NCBI GenBank assembly: GCA_030265395.1
Contig: JARFYF010000022.1
Span: 49,880,835-49,944,605 of the forward strand
Length of the DNA stretch: 63,771 bases
From: Rhina ancylostomus
Lineage: Eukaryota
Direction: 5' to 3'
Numbering within the stretch: position 1 is the first letter of the stretch; each line of letters opens with the position of its first letter. Made by a program: the position numbers and the translations under genes. Of this stretch, positions 1-12,408 are shown piece after piece. Under the pieces are notes generated by a model. It saw nothing but the letters and a program-made list of their open reading frames with translations, made no database searches and was not told the origin of the DNA.

Positions 1-330
1 ATTCTGCAGTCAATGTGCAGGAAGCGGAAGTGTGTTGATGGGCTCTTCCCCGAAATCCAGCGACGCTGGAGAAGATTGACTGTGCGGCGCCCTCTGCGAG
101 AGGAGAAACGCACGGGGGTCTCTTCCGGCACACTCAAAACTGCTGCTGCGTCCTCGGAAATTCGTGCCGAGCATTTTTTTGCAAATGTTATCCAGGAATT
201 CGGTGCTGAAATAGGAGGGGGACCGTGAGGCTGGTGAACGAATGAGGGGAATGGACGCGAGTCTGCGCTTGACAAAATCTGATGTTTTATTCAATAACTT
301 TATCTCTATGCACCAAAGCGGGCATCTGTG

Positions 331-421
331 GGCTCTGTAGCGCAATGGATAGCGTGTTGGACTTCTAATAATGTGTGGCCAAGTAATTCAAAGGTTGTGG
401 GTTCGAGTCCCACCAGAGTCG
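331..421 (+). tRNA. tRNA-Arg(TCT) with 18-nt intron (368-385)
   Basis: GGCTCTGTAGCGCAATGGATAGCG...CTTCTA|intron|ATTCAAAGGTTGTGGGTTCGAGTCCCACCAGAGTCG matches vertebrate Arg-TCT. All four stems pair (with G-U), and TTTT follows at 425-428. Confidence 0.92.
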
Positions 422-910
422 GCATTTTCTCCGAGCTCGTTACAGCGAAGTCAGAATTCGAGCGGGATATGACGTCACGTGACGTTAGAAAATCTGGAAA
501 TTCAGGTCATGGTTTGAAATAATCGACGCTTTCACTTAAACACGGAAAGGAGGTGCTTATTTTCTCGTCGAGAATCCGAGTCTGTGAAACTGTGGGGGAA
601 AATTGTTGTGGGTACTGAGTCTGATTATTTCAAAAGTGTGGGAAATAAATACCTGAAAAAATTTACGGCACTGTCTGGAATGCAGAAGTAAACAGTCTGA
701 TTACCCGTGGCCTCATTAAATGATAGAGCATCTGGGTGCTCTTCTGTCATTCCGATGAGAACCGATGTTTTTATGTGGGTAGATGTTTGAAAGATTTGGT
801 TGACTTCAGCTGACGCACATTCTTCAACTACATTAATGCTGCAATTTTTACAACCCCCTTGCATTCTGTCCGTTGTAATTTAAACATGTCCTGAAGAATA
901 ATCGACAAAA

Positions 911-1127
911 TCGACGGAGGATTTACTGGTCGTTATTTTTGATCTTATTTTGAGACAAATTCCAATTGTTCACAACTTTCTTTTTGTGAGGTCTATCCCT
1001 TTGAGTAATTTCCACGCCATCCTGCTTCACGCCGTCACGGACTGTTGTGTCTAGTTCACCGTCACGTTCACCTTTGACCTATCTGTTGCCATTTGTTGCC
1101 AAAAGCTGAAATCTCGGTATTCTGCCG
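911..1127 (+). pseudogene. GPR139-like GPCR fragment (TM2-TM3-ICL2), cut by gap
   Basis: Translates to TEDLLVVIFDLILRQIPIVH...HAILLHAVTDCCV*FTVTFTFDLSVAICCQKLKSRYS, homologous to the other copies in the window, with an in-frame TAG. Confidence 0.85.
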
Positions 1128-1227
1128 NNNNNNNNNNNNNNNNNNNNNNNNNNNNNNNNNNNNNNNNNNNNNNNNNNNNNNNNNNNNNNNNNNNNNNNNN
1201 NNNNNNNNNNNNNNNNNNNNNNNNNNN

Positions 1228-2210
1228 TGAAGGACATGCATCTGCAACTTTGCCTGACATGGAAATGCTGTTTCGGTCCTTGGATGTTGGTAACGGAGGT
1301 GGTGCAGGGACAAAGGTTGCTCCTCCTTGGATTGGAGGGTAAAATGCTAGTGGAAGGGAATTATCGGTTGGGGAGAGACTGACGATCTTGCCAAATCAGG
1401 AAAGGTTGAAGAGGAGAAGATATGACTGATGGTGCGATGCCGCTGAACAGTTGGAAATGAAGGTAGATGCTGGGGCTGGTAGGGTGAAAGAGAGGAACAA
1501 GGTAGGTATATTTCTCTTCTGCCTAGTGGGAGCTGGGGTGCGTGAAGTGAGCGTGAAACAGAGGAAATACGGGTCAGCAACCTGTCAGCCGTAGGAGAGG
1601 AGAAACCACTTTTACTGATTCCTGAGGGCTTTTGAGATGTCGTCGAACGGAAAGTGTCATCTTGATATGTGGCGACGGTGAATTTCCAGGGTACAAGATG
1701 GGAGGACGTGTATTCCAGGCAGCTGTGGGAGTCCGTGCGTTTGTTGTAATCTTCAGTGGATAGTTGCGCTCCTGAGAAGGAGAAAACCGAAAGGGGAGAG
1801 AGGTGTTAGTGTGGTACAAATGAATTTGATGGCGGGTGTATGTCAGCAGTGGTTGATAAAATTGACAAATTCCGCACCGGTGGAGGAGGCAGCACCAATG
1901 CGGTCGTGGAGGGAACGGGGGAAGGCTCGGAGAATGGAGCCGGAGAAGGTTGGGAATATGGACTGTCTCACGGACCCAAGGCAAGCGCAACTCGGGCCCC
2001 TGCCAGTGTCCATGGCTGCACTTGTGAATTGTCGGATGTGTAGGGCATCAGAAAGGAAGCTGTTCAGGTAAGAACAAGTTCTGACAGGCGTGTGGGAATA
2101 TTCGAGGTGAGGAAATGGTTAGATACATGTTCTAGAAGGAGGCAAACGACCCTTAGTCTTTGCTTATGTGGAGTAGAGGTGTTCATGGTGAACATAAGGC
2201 GGCAGAGCCG
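1228..2210 (-). mobile_element. Penelope-like retroelement, decayed RT region
   Basis: Reverse-complement homolog of 44495-45500, with decayed RT and KPTDSHS-like motifs and many frameshifts. Confidence 0.75.
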
Positions 2211-2239
2211 GGGAATTCCAAGTTATTAAAATTAGATAA

Positions 2240-2500
2240 GATTTCTTTATGCGTCACATGTACATCGAAACACATCTGCGGGGAGACTTCTAGGGCAAGT
2301 GTCACCACGCTTCGCGCGAACAGAGCACGTCCATAACTTCCGAAAGCGTTCGTCTTTAGAATGTGAGAGGAACCTGGAGCACCCGGAGTAAACTCATGCA
2401 GACATGGGGAGAACGTACAAACTCCTTCCGGACAGTGGCGAGAGTTGAACCCGGGTCGCTGGAACTGGAACAGCATGACGCGAACCTGCGCACGACCGTA
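2240..2500 (-). mobile_element. tRNA-derived V-type SINE (elasmobranch HE1-like)
   Basis: Minus strand has a tRNA-like head (CCCGGGTTCAACTC), a V-domain-like core (TCCGGGTGCTCCAGGTTCCTCTCACATTCTAAAGAC) and a GATGTACATGTGAC tail. Paralog of 44208-44480. Confidence 0.75.
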
Positions 2501-3506
2501 CCTTTTAAAAGTACATGTAATATTTTAGCAGTCACCAAGGTCAACACCATTTCAAGCTCTTTCCTCTGATGGAATGGTGGACTCCTGTTTCGGCGCCCGC
2601 ACAAGTGTAGAATGTCGAGGGAGGGAGGACCGGATTGAAATCTTTACCTGGGGAACCGTGAGGTCAGTGGTCTGGTTACTCTGGCGCTGCAATTACACGA
2701 TCCATATACACATCGATCCTGAGAGTAACTGCGAGCTTGTGCGATCCAAGTCAGGAACAAGGCAGTACCAGAATGTGTGCTGAATATACTTCAAGTGATT
2801 GATTGTTCTCATGTTTGTGTGCCTTCGAATAGTGCACACCTGATTGCAAACTCTGCAATGCCACGTGGCCTGCTGATACTTCACTATCTGTCTGTCAGAC
2901 TGTGTCTGTGAGAAGTCCGTGCTGACCCATTCGGATGTTGTGGGAAAGATTTGTAATTACGAAGGAGTGCGTTTAATTTATTGGACAGGAAGGGGGAGCG
3001 GTGAGCTATTGTGGTTTTCCAGTCCCTAACCAGGTGAGAGGTGAAGGGTGGGACAGAAATGTCAATGTTATTTTTCTTGGTGCCGCGCCACTTTTTAAAG
3101 AGATTCCACTTTTATTATTTTCAATTATAATGTTTAATTATTTAGTAGCACGAAGAAACGACGATGTTCTCCAAGAAAACTAATCAAACACTGCCCTCAG
3201 TAGTGCACAGATACATNNNNNNNNNNNNNNNNNNNNNNNNNNNNNNNNNNNNNNNNNNNNNNNNNNNNNNNNNNNNNNNNNNNNNNNNNNNNNNNNNNNN
3301 NNNNNNNNNNNNNNNNNNNNNNNNNNNNNNNNNNNNNNNNNNNNNNNNNNNNNNNNNNNNNNNNNNNNNNNNNNNNNNNNNNACATAAGTTGTCAATTTT
3401 TAAATAGATTTGACAGAAATACTGTGAACCTGCACCACAGATTTCCGTGGAGACTGGGGCGGAGAGAAATTGGAAGTAAATTTTGCTACTGGGGAGAGTT
3501 CACTTC

Positions 3507-4404
3507 TCAAATGTGTTTAATTAATTTTGCAGTTATACGAAACGGATATGTCACCACAGTTCTCAATTGCTCCCTGAACTTAGTCTGTGTCACAGCATAA
3601 ATGCACGTGTCTGAGCAACAACTCAGAAGCTGGAGTATGAAACCTATTTCAGTTACAAAGCCGCCGGGGAGATAAATAATATCATACCCCAACTTCCACA
3701 ACCTGTTCCATGTACAATGCACCGTAAACACAGACCATAACAGGATGAAATTTCCCGACATGACCAACAGCAGTATTATGGATTTCCTTCTGCTCTCCAT
3801 CTGTCTCTCGGAATCTCCCCACTATTATGACCCCGGAGTCTCCTGCGGGATCTGCTCGCCATTAAAATGTGTCTGACTGTTAAAGCGTTGAAGAGCAGAA
3901 TCAAAACAAACGGGACACACGGGGTGAGGATATAATGAAGACACTCAACTGTTGCAGAGGACCTTGACAGCATTACATGAACATCCATCAAACAAAACCA
4001 CGGAGTATTCACCAACTCGTACCAAGGTGTGTACATAAAATACCAGAACATATTCTTTATACTGCTAAGTCCAGTCACTGTTCCCAGAACCGTAGCTGCC
4101 GTCTTCTCGTTGGAAAAGCGAGCTTTCAGCTTTTGGCAACATATGACTACAAATGGATCAAAGGTGAACATGACGGTGAACCAGACCGAACTGTCCGTGA
4201 CGGCGTGAAGTAGGACGGCGTGGATATTACACGCGCGGAGGAACTTCAGAAAAACCATGTGATGAGCAATCGGAATCTGTCTCAATATTACATTAAAGAG
4301 AACGACCAGTAGATCCGCCGTCGACATGGCCACCAGGTGGAGCGTGACACATCTGGAGAGACCCCAGTTTCCCATAGACAGGACCGAAGTAGTCAACAGG
4401 TTAA
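3507..4404 (-). pseudogene. GPR139-like GPCR copy A, exon 2 (frameshifted)
   Basis: Acceptor ttcacag at 4405-4411, then (V)NLLTTSVLS... with 7TM homology across ORFs 3776-4396 and 3507-3800. A 4-nt deletion near 3800 shifts the frame, and DRY reads DPF. Exon 1 is not seen before the gap. Confidence 0.9.
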
Positions 4405-5324
4405 CTGTGAACAGAACGAGGGAGAAGATAGATTAACAGGTCAGAAGGTGTGCAGTGTCAGCATTCCTGGAATAAAGATCTTGAAGAAACAAACATCCCT
4501 TTGAGAAAATTAAATTGCAGTGCTGACCCGCAACAACGCTAAGAAGATATCATGCTCGCCCTTGTTCAATCGAACATTATATTACCTGCTCTCAAATCGA
4601 AAGCAAAACCAAAGGTTAACCCGTCCGTGGCTGTGCAATTAAAGTTTCTGCANNNNNNNNNNNNNNNNNNNNNNNNNNNNNNNNNNNNNNNNNNNNNNNN
4701 NNNNNNNNNNNNNNNNNNNNNNNNNNNNNNNNNNNNNNNNNNNNNNNNNNNNAGAGGGAATCACTCGGATTGAAATCTTTAACTGGGGACCGTGAGGTCA
4801 GTGATCTGGTCACTCTTGCTCCGAAATTACATGCCCCATTTAAACGTTGATCTTGAGAGTAACTGCGAGCTTATGTTAGGACAAAGGGCAGCACCAGAAT
4901 ATGTGCATAATATACTTCAAGTGATTGGGTGCTCTTATTTTGCGTGCCTTCTACTCGTGCACAACTGATTACAAACCCTGAAATGCCGCGTGGCCTGCTG
5001 ATACTTCATTATATGTCTGTCAGACTGTGTCTGCGAGAAGTCCATGCTGACCCACTCGGATGTTGGAAAGAACTGTAATTATGAAGGAGAGCGTGTAATT
5101 TATTGGACAGGAAGGGGGAGCGGTTAGCAATGGTGGTTGTGCAATCCCTAACGAGGTGAGAAGTGAAGGGTGGGACAGAAAAGTCAATGCTTCGTTTTTC
5201 ATGTTCTGTTCCACACTTAAAGAGATTCAACTTTATTATGTTTAATTAAATTGTTTAATTACTTAGTAGAACGAAGAAACGACTCTGTTCTCCAAGAAAA
5301 CTGTTCAAACCCTGCCCTCCGTGT

Positions 5325-5430
5325 TACACACAAACACACACACACACACAGACAAACAGAAATACAAACAGACACATGCTAACAAACATACACACACGGG
5401 CGCGCGCGCACACACACACGCACATACACG
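5325..5430. repeat. Imperfect (CA)n microsatellite
   Basis: Run of CA/ACAA/CG dinucleotides. Confidence 0.85.
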
Positions 5431-5563
5431 GCGAAATTAGAAAGTACAACAGTTTGTTATGTTTTAAATAGATACGGTGAACCTGCATCACAGCTTTCCG
5501 TGGAGACTGGTGCGGAGAGAATGTGGAAATATTGTTTTTTTTCTGCTGGCGAGAGTTCACTTC

Positions 5564-7826
5564 TTAAATGTGTTTAATAAATTTTGCAGTTCTACGAAGC
5601 GGATATGTCACCACAGTCTTCAACTGCTCCCTGAACTTAGTCTGTGACACAGCATAAATGCACGTGTTTGTTCAGCAACTCAGAAGCTGGACCATGAAAC
5701 CTATTTCAGATACAAAGCCTGGGAGATAAATAATATCATATCCCAACTTCCACAACCTGTTCCATGTACAATACACTGTAAATACGGACCACAACAGGAT
5801 GAAATTTCCCGAGATGACAAACAGCAGTATTATGGATTTCCTTCTGCTCTCCATCTCTCGGTCTCTCAGAGTCTCCCCGCTATTCTGACCCCGGAGTCTC
5901 CTGCGGGATCTGCTTGTCATCAAAATGTGTCTGACTGTTAAAGCGTTGAAGAGCAGATTCAAAACAAACGGGACACACGGGGTGAGAATATAATGAAGAA
6001 TCTCAACTGTTGCCAAGGTCATTGACATCATTACACGAACATCCATATAACAAAACCAAGGAGTATTCACTAACCTGTACCAAGGTGTGTACATAAAATA
6101 CCAAAAACATTCTTTACACTGATCAGCACAGTCACTGTTCCCAGAACCGTAGCTACCGTTTTCTCAGTGGAGCAGCGAGATTTCAGCTTTTGGCAACATA
6201 TCGATCAAAGGTGAACGTGACGGTGAACCAGACGTAACTGTCCGTGACGGTGTGAAGCAGGACGGCGTGGATATTACACGCGCGAATGTACTTCAGAAAA
6301 ACCATGTGATGAGCAATCGGAATCTGTCTCAATATTACATCAAAGAGAACCACCTGCAGATCCGCCATCGTCATGGCCACCAGGTAGAGGGTGACACATC
6401 TGGAGAGACCGCACTTTCCCCCAGACAGGAGAAAATCGTCACCGCGTTCACTGTGAACAGAACAAGCGAGAACACAAATTAACAGGTCAGAAGGTGTGCA
6501 GTGTCAGCATTCCTGGAATAAAGATCTTGAAGAAACAAACCTCCCTGTGAGAAAATTAAAGTACAGTGCTGACCCGCAACAGCGTGAAGAAGATATCATG
6601 CTCGCCCTTATCCAATCGAATATTATATTACCTGCTCTCAAATCGAAAGCAAAACCAAAGGTTAACCCGTCCGTGGCTGTGCAATTAAAGTTTCTGCAGT
6701 TGCGGTCTTAAGACTTGAACCGAACGGGATGGGAGTTTTTGGGGATTTCTTGTGTCAACCACAAGCCTGACGTTAGTCTGAACCAAGTCACATTGGCCCT
6801 TGCTTTGAACCGGGGAAAATAGCACTCGCATACACTCAAGTTACCGTTGGTGACCGTTGATTCCAAAGATAATGTCAGTTTTTTGGGTACGAACATAATT
6901 TCCGACGACTGTTGAAGACGTTATTGTGCCTTCGTAAGGACAAGCAGATATCACCTCCGTTGGTTAGGATAACTCTGATTGGACGTCTGACCCAATTGAC
7001 ATTGTGCTCTCTGACAGTGGAAATGAGATCAGGCAGCCATGAGATGAAGCATGCTCGTATGAAAAAAGCGATGCAAGAGTTGAATAACGACAAAAACACC
7101 AAATTTCATTCGATGGAGCTGAGGTTGGAATGGAGCCGTTTGCTGTTTCACAATAAATCATTTCCCAGCTGTGCCCAGTCGGACTTGCAGCATGATCTCT
7201 TCTAAAATGCAATTGGAACACAATCCAGGAAACAATAAAGAGAAAGGCAAATGAAAAGAATCTGTAATGAGAACTGAAATCCGATGTTAACTGCACTGGA
7301 CATCAGCTGCTTCAGAGCAGGAGACATCTTTTCTACTGGTGCAAGTTGTGACTGGTACTGGATCAGGATGACCGTTTTCAGTCACCCACTTACTTTCTGA
7401 ACTGGTCCACGCAGTCCACTTTCCTGTCCATTTCACGTTCAGTGATCCAGTGCACACACAAACACAGCAGTAAAATCCGAAAAACACGTATCCACGCAAA
7501 CATGCAGCCTGCCCCAACAATGGCTCATATCCGTCACATCACATGGCAATGAGAACAGAGTATCGTGTCATTTTTTTCTGGTCATATACTCGATCAGAGC
7601 AAGAAGCTGCGGCGCGTTAACAGGCCTGGACCGGGAATAGGTATTGGATGAATCGAATCTCCGTGTTGTGGGACCAACTGGATATTGCAGACGCACAGCT
7701 GAAGGTAATTTATAGCATAAACAGACGATTTACAAACTTACTTGGGATCCCGACGGCAGCCAGGATTGGATAGTATATCTTCTCGATATCATAAATGACA
7801 TCAATGATGTGCACATAAAGGGACAT
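5564..7826 (-). pseudogene. GPR139-like GPCR copy B (exon 1 7826-7742, exon 2 6450-5564)
   Basis: Exon 1 reads MSLYVHIIDVIYDIEKIYYPILAAVGIP+A then gtaagt (85 nt, phase 1); acceptor ttcacag at 6451-6457. Frameshifts near 6432, 6200 and 6108, and a premature TGA at 5672-5674. Confidence 0.9.
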
Positions 7827-8659
7827 CCAGCTTTCGTGGCGATAATTGTCGTCAATATCAGAGGTAATTCTCTAGAGGAACATGGAAAGGATTCCCATAT
7901 TAATAGGAAAGGGGAACCTCAACAGTGGGACAGTTGGAACTCATTAACCTGGTGTCGTTCACAGGTTAATTTGAACAAACATGTTCGAATTAATCCCTTT
8001 AAGCACGAAATATTTATGGCACAATCTGAAGTGACACCAGTGAACCGCCCTCTGGCTTTAATAACATTGAGGACATCATATGGTCGAGTAATAATGTTCA
8101 TCCCAACGTCTGTCTTCACCGCCTGTCATCTGGATTACCTCAAACTGCCGAACTCAATTGGCCTTTCCGTTAGTATCTCGCTGCCAAATGCACGAAATTG
8201 ATCACTAATCTGACATAAATTTCTGCTCAGACAACTTCCTTGTCAATCCACTGAAATTTCACCCGAAGTCCCAGACATCATCGGTGTTTCAAATGGGCCA
8301 ACCAACGCATGAAGCATTTCACTCTTAGTTAATGCTTTAACTATTTCTTTGATATTCATCTGGAAGATTCCCTTTTGCATGGGCAATGAGGAGAAGTATT
8401 CCTTCGTTCATGTTTCACTGTTTAAAATATTATCATTAAAGTGTACAAGAATGATACGATACCACCTCACCGACTGTCGAGATTCTGTCTGCTTCAAGTT
8501 AGAACCCTTGAATGGATCCACAGTAGACACATTCGCTATGCCGTCAATGATAGGCAGAATGACCCAAAGTGGCACCGACCATGCTCTCAGTCAGTAGTTG
8601 CCCTGCGCCTCCTCCCTCAACATAATCCAGGGCCCTCTACAGTTATGACATGTGACGCA

Positions 8660-9370
8660 GATATGCATCGGCGACACCAAGCGCAGACCTAGCGGCCGGC
8701 TTGCCAAGCACCTGCACTCCCTCCGCCATGGCCGATTGGAGCTGCCCACTGACTCCCCGTTACCAATATGCGTGTCCTGGGCCTCTTGTACTGCCAAGGG
8801 GAGGCTAAATGCAAACTCTCGGAACACTGTCCAGTCTCAGGTACCTGCTCTACCTTTTCCTCCATTCTCTCTCCTCCAGATCTACGCAGTTCCTCCCACA
8901 CCCAACCCAGTCCCGATCATCCATTCTTTCCTCTCCTTCCCCATTCCATCTGTTCATCACCTGCGCACTAATTGACTGGCTCGCTTCCGCCTATAGTTCA
9001 CATTTGTCCTTTCTACCTCTCTTATTTGTTTCCGATTCCCTAACTTCCTCTCTTATCAGATTCCGTCATCTGTAGCCCTTTGTTTCCTCCACCTATCACA
9101 TCTCAGCCTCTTTCACTACCCCCACCCTTCCCTCCTTCATCTGTCTATCACCCTTCTCACCTGGATCCACCCATCGCTTGTCGGCCTTATACCACACCTT
9201 CCCCTCACCTTGTTATACTGGCTACCTCCCAGAGATTTCTCAGTCCAGATGAAAGGTCTCAACCAGATTCGCCAATTGTCCATTTCCCTCCACACATGCA
9301 GCCTGACCCGCCAAGTCTTACCAGAAATGTGTTTGTATTTTGCTCTAGATTCCAACATCTACCGGTTTCC
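8660..9370 (+). mobile_element. Penelope-like element 3' fragment (GIY-YIG end plus 3' region)
   Basis: ICIGDTKRRPSGRLAKHLHS resembles the YIG-ET-R-L--RF-EH motif, followed by a pyrimidine-rich tract and a CCAGATGAAAGGTCTC...CATCT tail. Confidence 0.7.
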
Positions 9371-9809
9371 TGTACCTTATTTCTAGATGACCGGCCCCGT
9401 GTCCTTAGATTATATCTGCTCGTTGGCAGCATTCTCAAAGAAAAAAAAACGTCCAGCCTGTCACGTCTCCTAAGTTTCTAATACGTTTCCGTAAACTCAA
9501 CCCAAGTCTTGTAAATTCCGAAGATCACGACCAGATTTATTTATCCTCTCTCCATAGGACAACACAGACAGAACGAGACGAAGGAAAGAAGAAAGGAAGA
9601 TGATACCGATTGTCACCCTATCGTCTGTCAACGTTCGTTCCACTCCCAATCCACCAAAACTGGGGACAAATTCTTGTTGTCAACTTTTACTTTCATGAAG
9701 CACATACCATACCGGGGCTTGTGCGACGGTGGAAAAAAAAGATCTCTCAAACTTCCTTCAGAAAAACGTTCAATTATGCTGAAAATCGTAAGTCGAACCC
9801 AGCATTCCA

Positions 9810-9859
9810 AGATGGGGATGGGAATCCAACCCAGTCCTGCAACGGACATTGGATTCGAC
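9810..9859 (-). pseudogene. tRNA-Ser(GCT)-derived relic, 5' half deleted
   Basis: Minus strand AATCCAATGTCCGTTGCAGGACTGGGTTGGATTCCCATCCCCATC resembles the Ser-GCT 3' half and lies at the same position in the duplicated block as 18168-18222. Confidence 0.55.
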
Positions 9860-11211
9860 TCGTTTATGACGGGCATTTAGTTAGTTTAGAGCTGGTACCA
9901 TCTGATTTCACTTTTCAACCGTTTTTCTTTTAATTTTGAGTCTGCCTCTCCATTATTCTTCATCATGGGCTGATACATGTCGAATATTCAATCACTGACC
10001 AATGGGCCTACATGTGGTCAGTAACACCGGGTTTTGTCACAGTAGCATTAATATGGGAGCTCAGACTGAGTGTCTGACTCAGTTAATTTTGTTAATTTGG
10101 ATCTTCCACCCGTCTATGTCCAACTTGGCCAATAGTGTCATGGTTCTCAGCTCCCTCTTCTGAGGAGCTGCTGATCTACACCGCCTCCCCTGAGCTACAC
10201 CTTACACAGACGTCGAATCATCATCTGAAAAATTACATATTGAGTCACTTCATCTCTTCCGATCAGCGATATCCCCTTATGCAGCCCAACATTTCCCTTC
10301 GTTTTCTCTCAAAAACGTGGAGGAAAGAACTGTTACTTTAAAGACTCCCCATCAACCAGCCGAAGCATTCAGTCGCTCCAGCCCGGCGCGCCGTGGCTTC
10401 AGTGAGGGTCATTCAGTCACCTGTGCCACTGCGGCGACAGCTTCGGGGATGTCGGAATATTCCATGGATTTGCAGTTCACAAATACTCGATGCTCCGGTG
10501 TTCCGACGGGAGAATCAAGATCCAAACACACGAAAATTGTCAACAATGGTGACGTCAAGTCCAATATTTGCCCTTCTGGTCACAGCTCGTTTATTTTATC
10601 ACCATTATATTACTGAACATAAATGTGCGAACATTGTTCTGTATCTCTTGCAAGTCTCCATTTGGGCCCACAGCCCAAATTTGGTTTTCCTGGTTTTACC
10701 ACTGAATGAATAGAGTCCAAAGAAAACAACAAGTGTTCCTCCAGAGGAAATATTTTCCGTCTTCAACGCGGTGAGTGGTATTATTGCTGTAAATGCCTCA
10801 GAGAAACGTCCTCGGACTTTAAATGGAAATACAAAGTCAACTTCCTTGAACGTAATGGCTTAATTTGTCGTTGCCTCAGGAGTCCGTTCAGGACCTGTGT
10901 GTTATCCAACATATCAGTCCGAATGTACGTTAGTCAGTGTTCCACGCTGTTCGATTAGCTCTTCTTTCTCTGAATTACGGACTCGATTCTAGAAATATTC
11001 AATGACATTTGCAGTCATTCTGATAGTTTATGTACCTTCTTGTTCTTGTATCTCCTGCTTTCCTCCAAATTTCTCAAGCTTCAATTAGAATATCCATTTT
11101 CTGGTGAAACATCCTTGAATACAAAGTAAAATTCTTCATATTTTCCTCTGCCTGCGTTGTGTATTTCATTTCCACCTTGAAATGTGATGTCAATTGGAGC
11201 TCTCTGTCGAA

Positions 11212-11293
11212 GCTGCGCTAACCGAATGGTTAAGGCACAGGATTCAAGATCCAGTGGCCTTTCCTCGCGCTTGTTCGCACCCAGCTCGCAGCA
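11212..11293 (+). pseudogene. tRNA-Ser(CGA/TGA)-derived pseudogene, anticodon now CAA
   Basis: 82 nt, GCTGCGCTAACCGAATGGTTAAGGC...GGATTCAAGATCC...GTTCGCACCCAGCTCGCAGCA, colinear with vertebrate Ser-CGA but with many mismatches. Confidence 0.7.
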
Positions 11294-12408
11294 GGCTTAC
11301 GGTTAAAGTAAATTTTCGCACTGAAGAGATCAGCTGAAAATCTTCACCTTTCATTGTTAAGCAGAGTGCCTTCCGCTGCTGTACTGACGCGTTATGGATT
11401 TCATCACAAGGAACATGACCTTCGGGACGACAATGTGTAGATGTTCAGCAGGTCAAGCAACATCCATGGAGATGAATCGGGAGTGAACGTGTCTGATCAG
11501 TGAGCTTCCCGCGAGCAATGAAGGGCTGTTGGGAATGAAAACGGGTAAAAGTTACTTTAACAACGTTCTCAGATGTTCTTTGGCGCAAAGCATGCAATTG
11601 TATTGCTGTAATTGCCCAGACAGGTTATGGATCCGGGTTCAATGAACGAGCAGCTGATTGATTTACTCAGTCCCAGGTGAATTTGCACTGCTTGAGCTGT
11701 CCGCAGATGGATTGAAGACATTGTCATGGCCCATTTATATGTTGTTACTGTTCTTTGTTGTCTTTCCCAGGGCACATTACTTTGCATTTGGGGTACTGCT
11801 TCAGATCAGATGGTCTTTGATTAAGATGTCACATTAGCAGGTAATGTATAAACATTAAATATCATGGTATTGGAGGTCATGTACTGACAGGGTTTGAATA
11901 AAAACGTTTGAGAGAGAGGAAATGGGCTGCAGGTATAAATAGGTATCAACACTTAGGTTGGAGTAATAGATAGTCGAAGGATGAAACAATGCAATAGTTG
12001 AATGTCTTGCCGACACCGCAACACTGTGAAATGTGAGAAAGACTCACGCGGTGCTTCGGGCGATTTGTCCAAGTTGACTGAGTTGGGAAATGGGGCGATG
12101 TGTCTGCGTTTAAGATGAGGAATGACGAAAATAAGCAGAAGTGAATCCGAGCAATACAAATACATCTTCACAGAGAGAAGAACAACGGAAGAATTGGTCC
12201 TGCTTCCATAACCAGGTCCAAGAGCAGCAAACTAGCAGATACGCCCATAAACTATGTATAAATCAAGAAGCCAGAAGAATCCCCATCCACATCTGCCGGG
12301 TCGAATTCCGAATCAATCATTGCAGAGTTCTTACTGGAATTCTACCTGACTAAAGATGGGGAGGAGGGAGTCCCTAAATATTTTAAAATTGCCGCCCTGA
12401 AATAGAAT

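Noticed and set aside
10317-10713. Overlapping ORFs of about 100 aa
   Set aside because: No recognisable motif, and the minus-strand frame is interrupted by stops.
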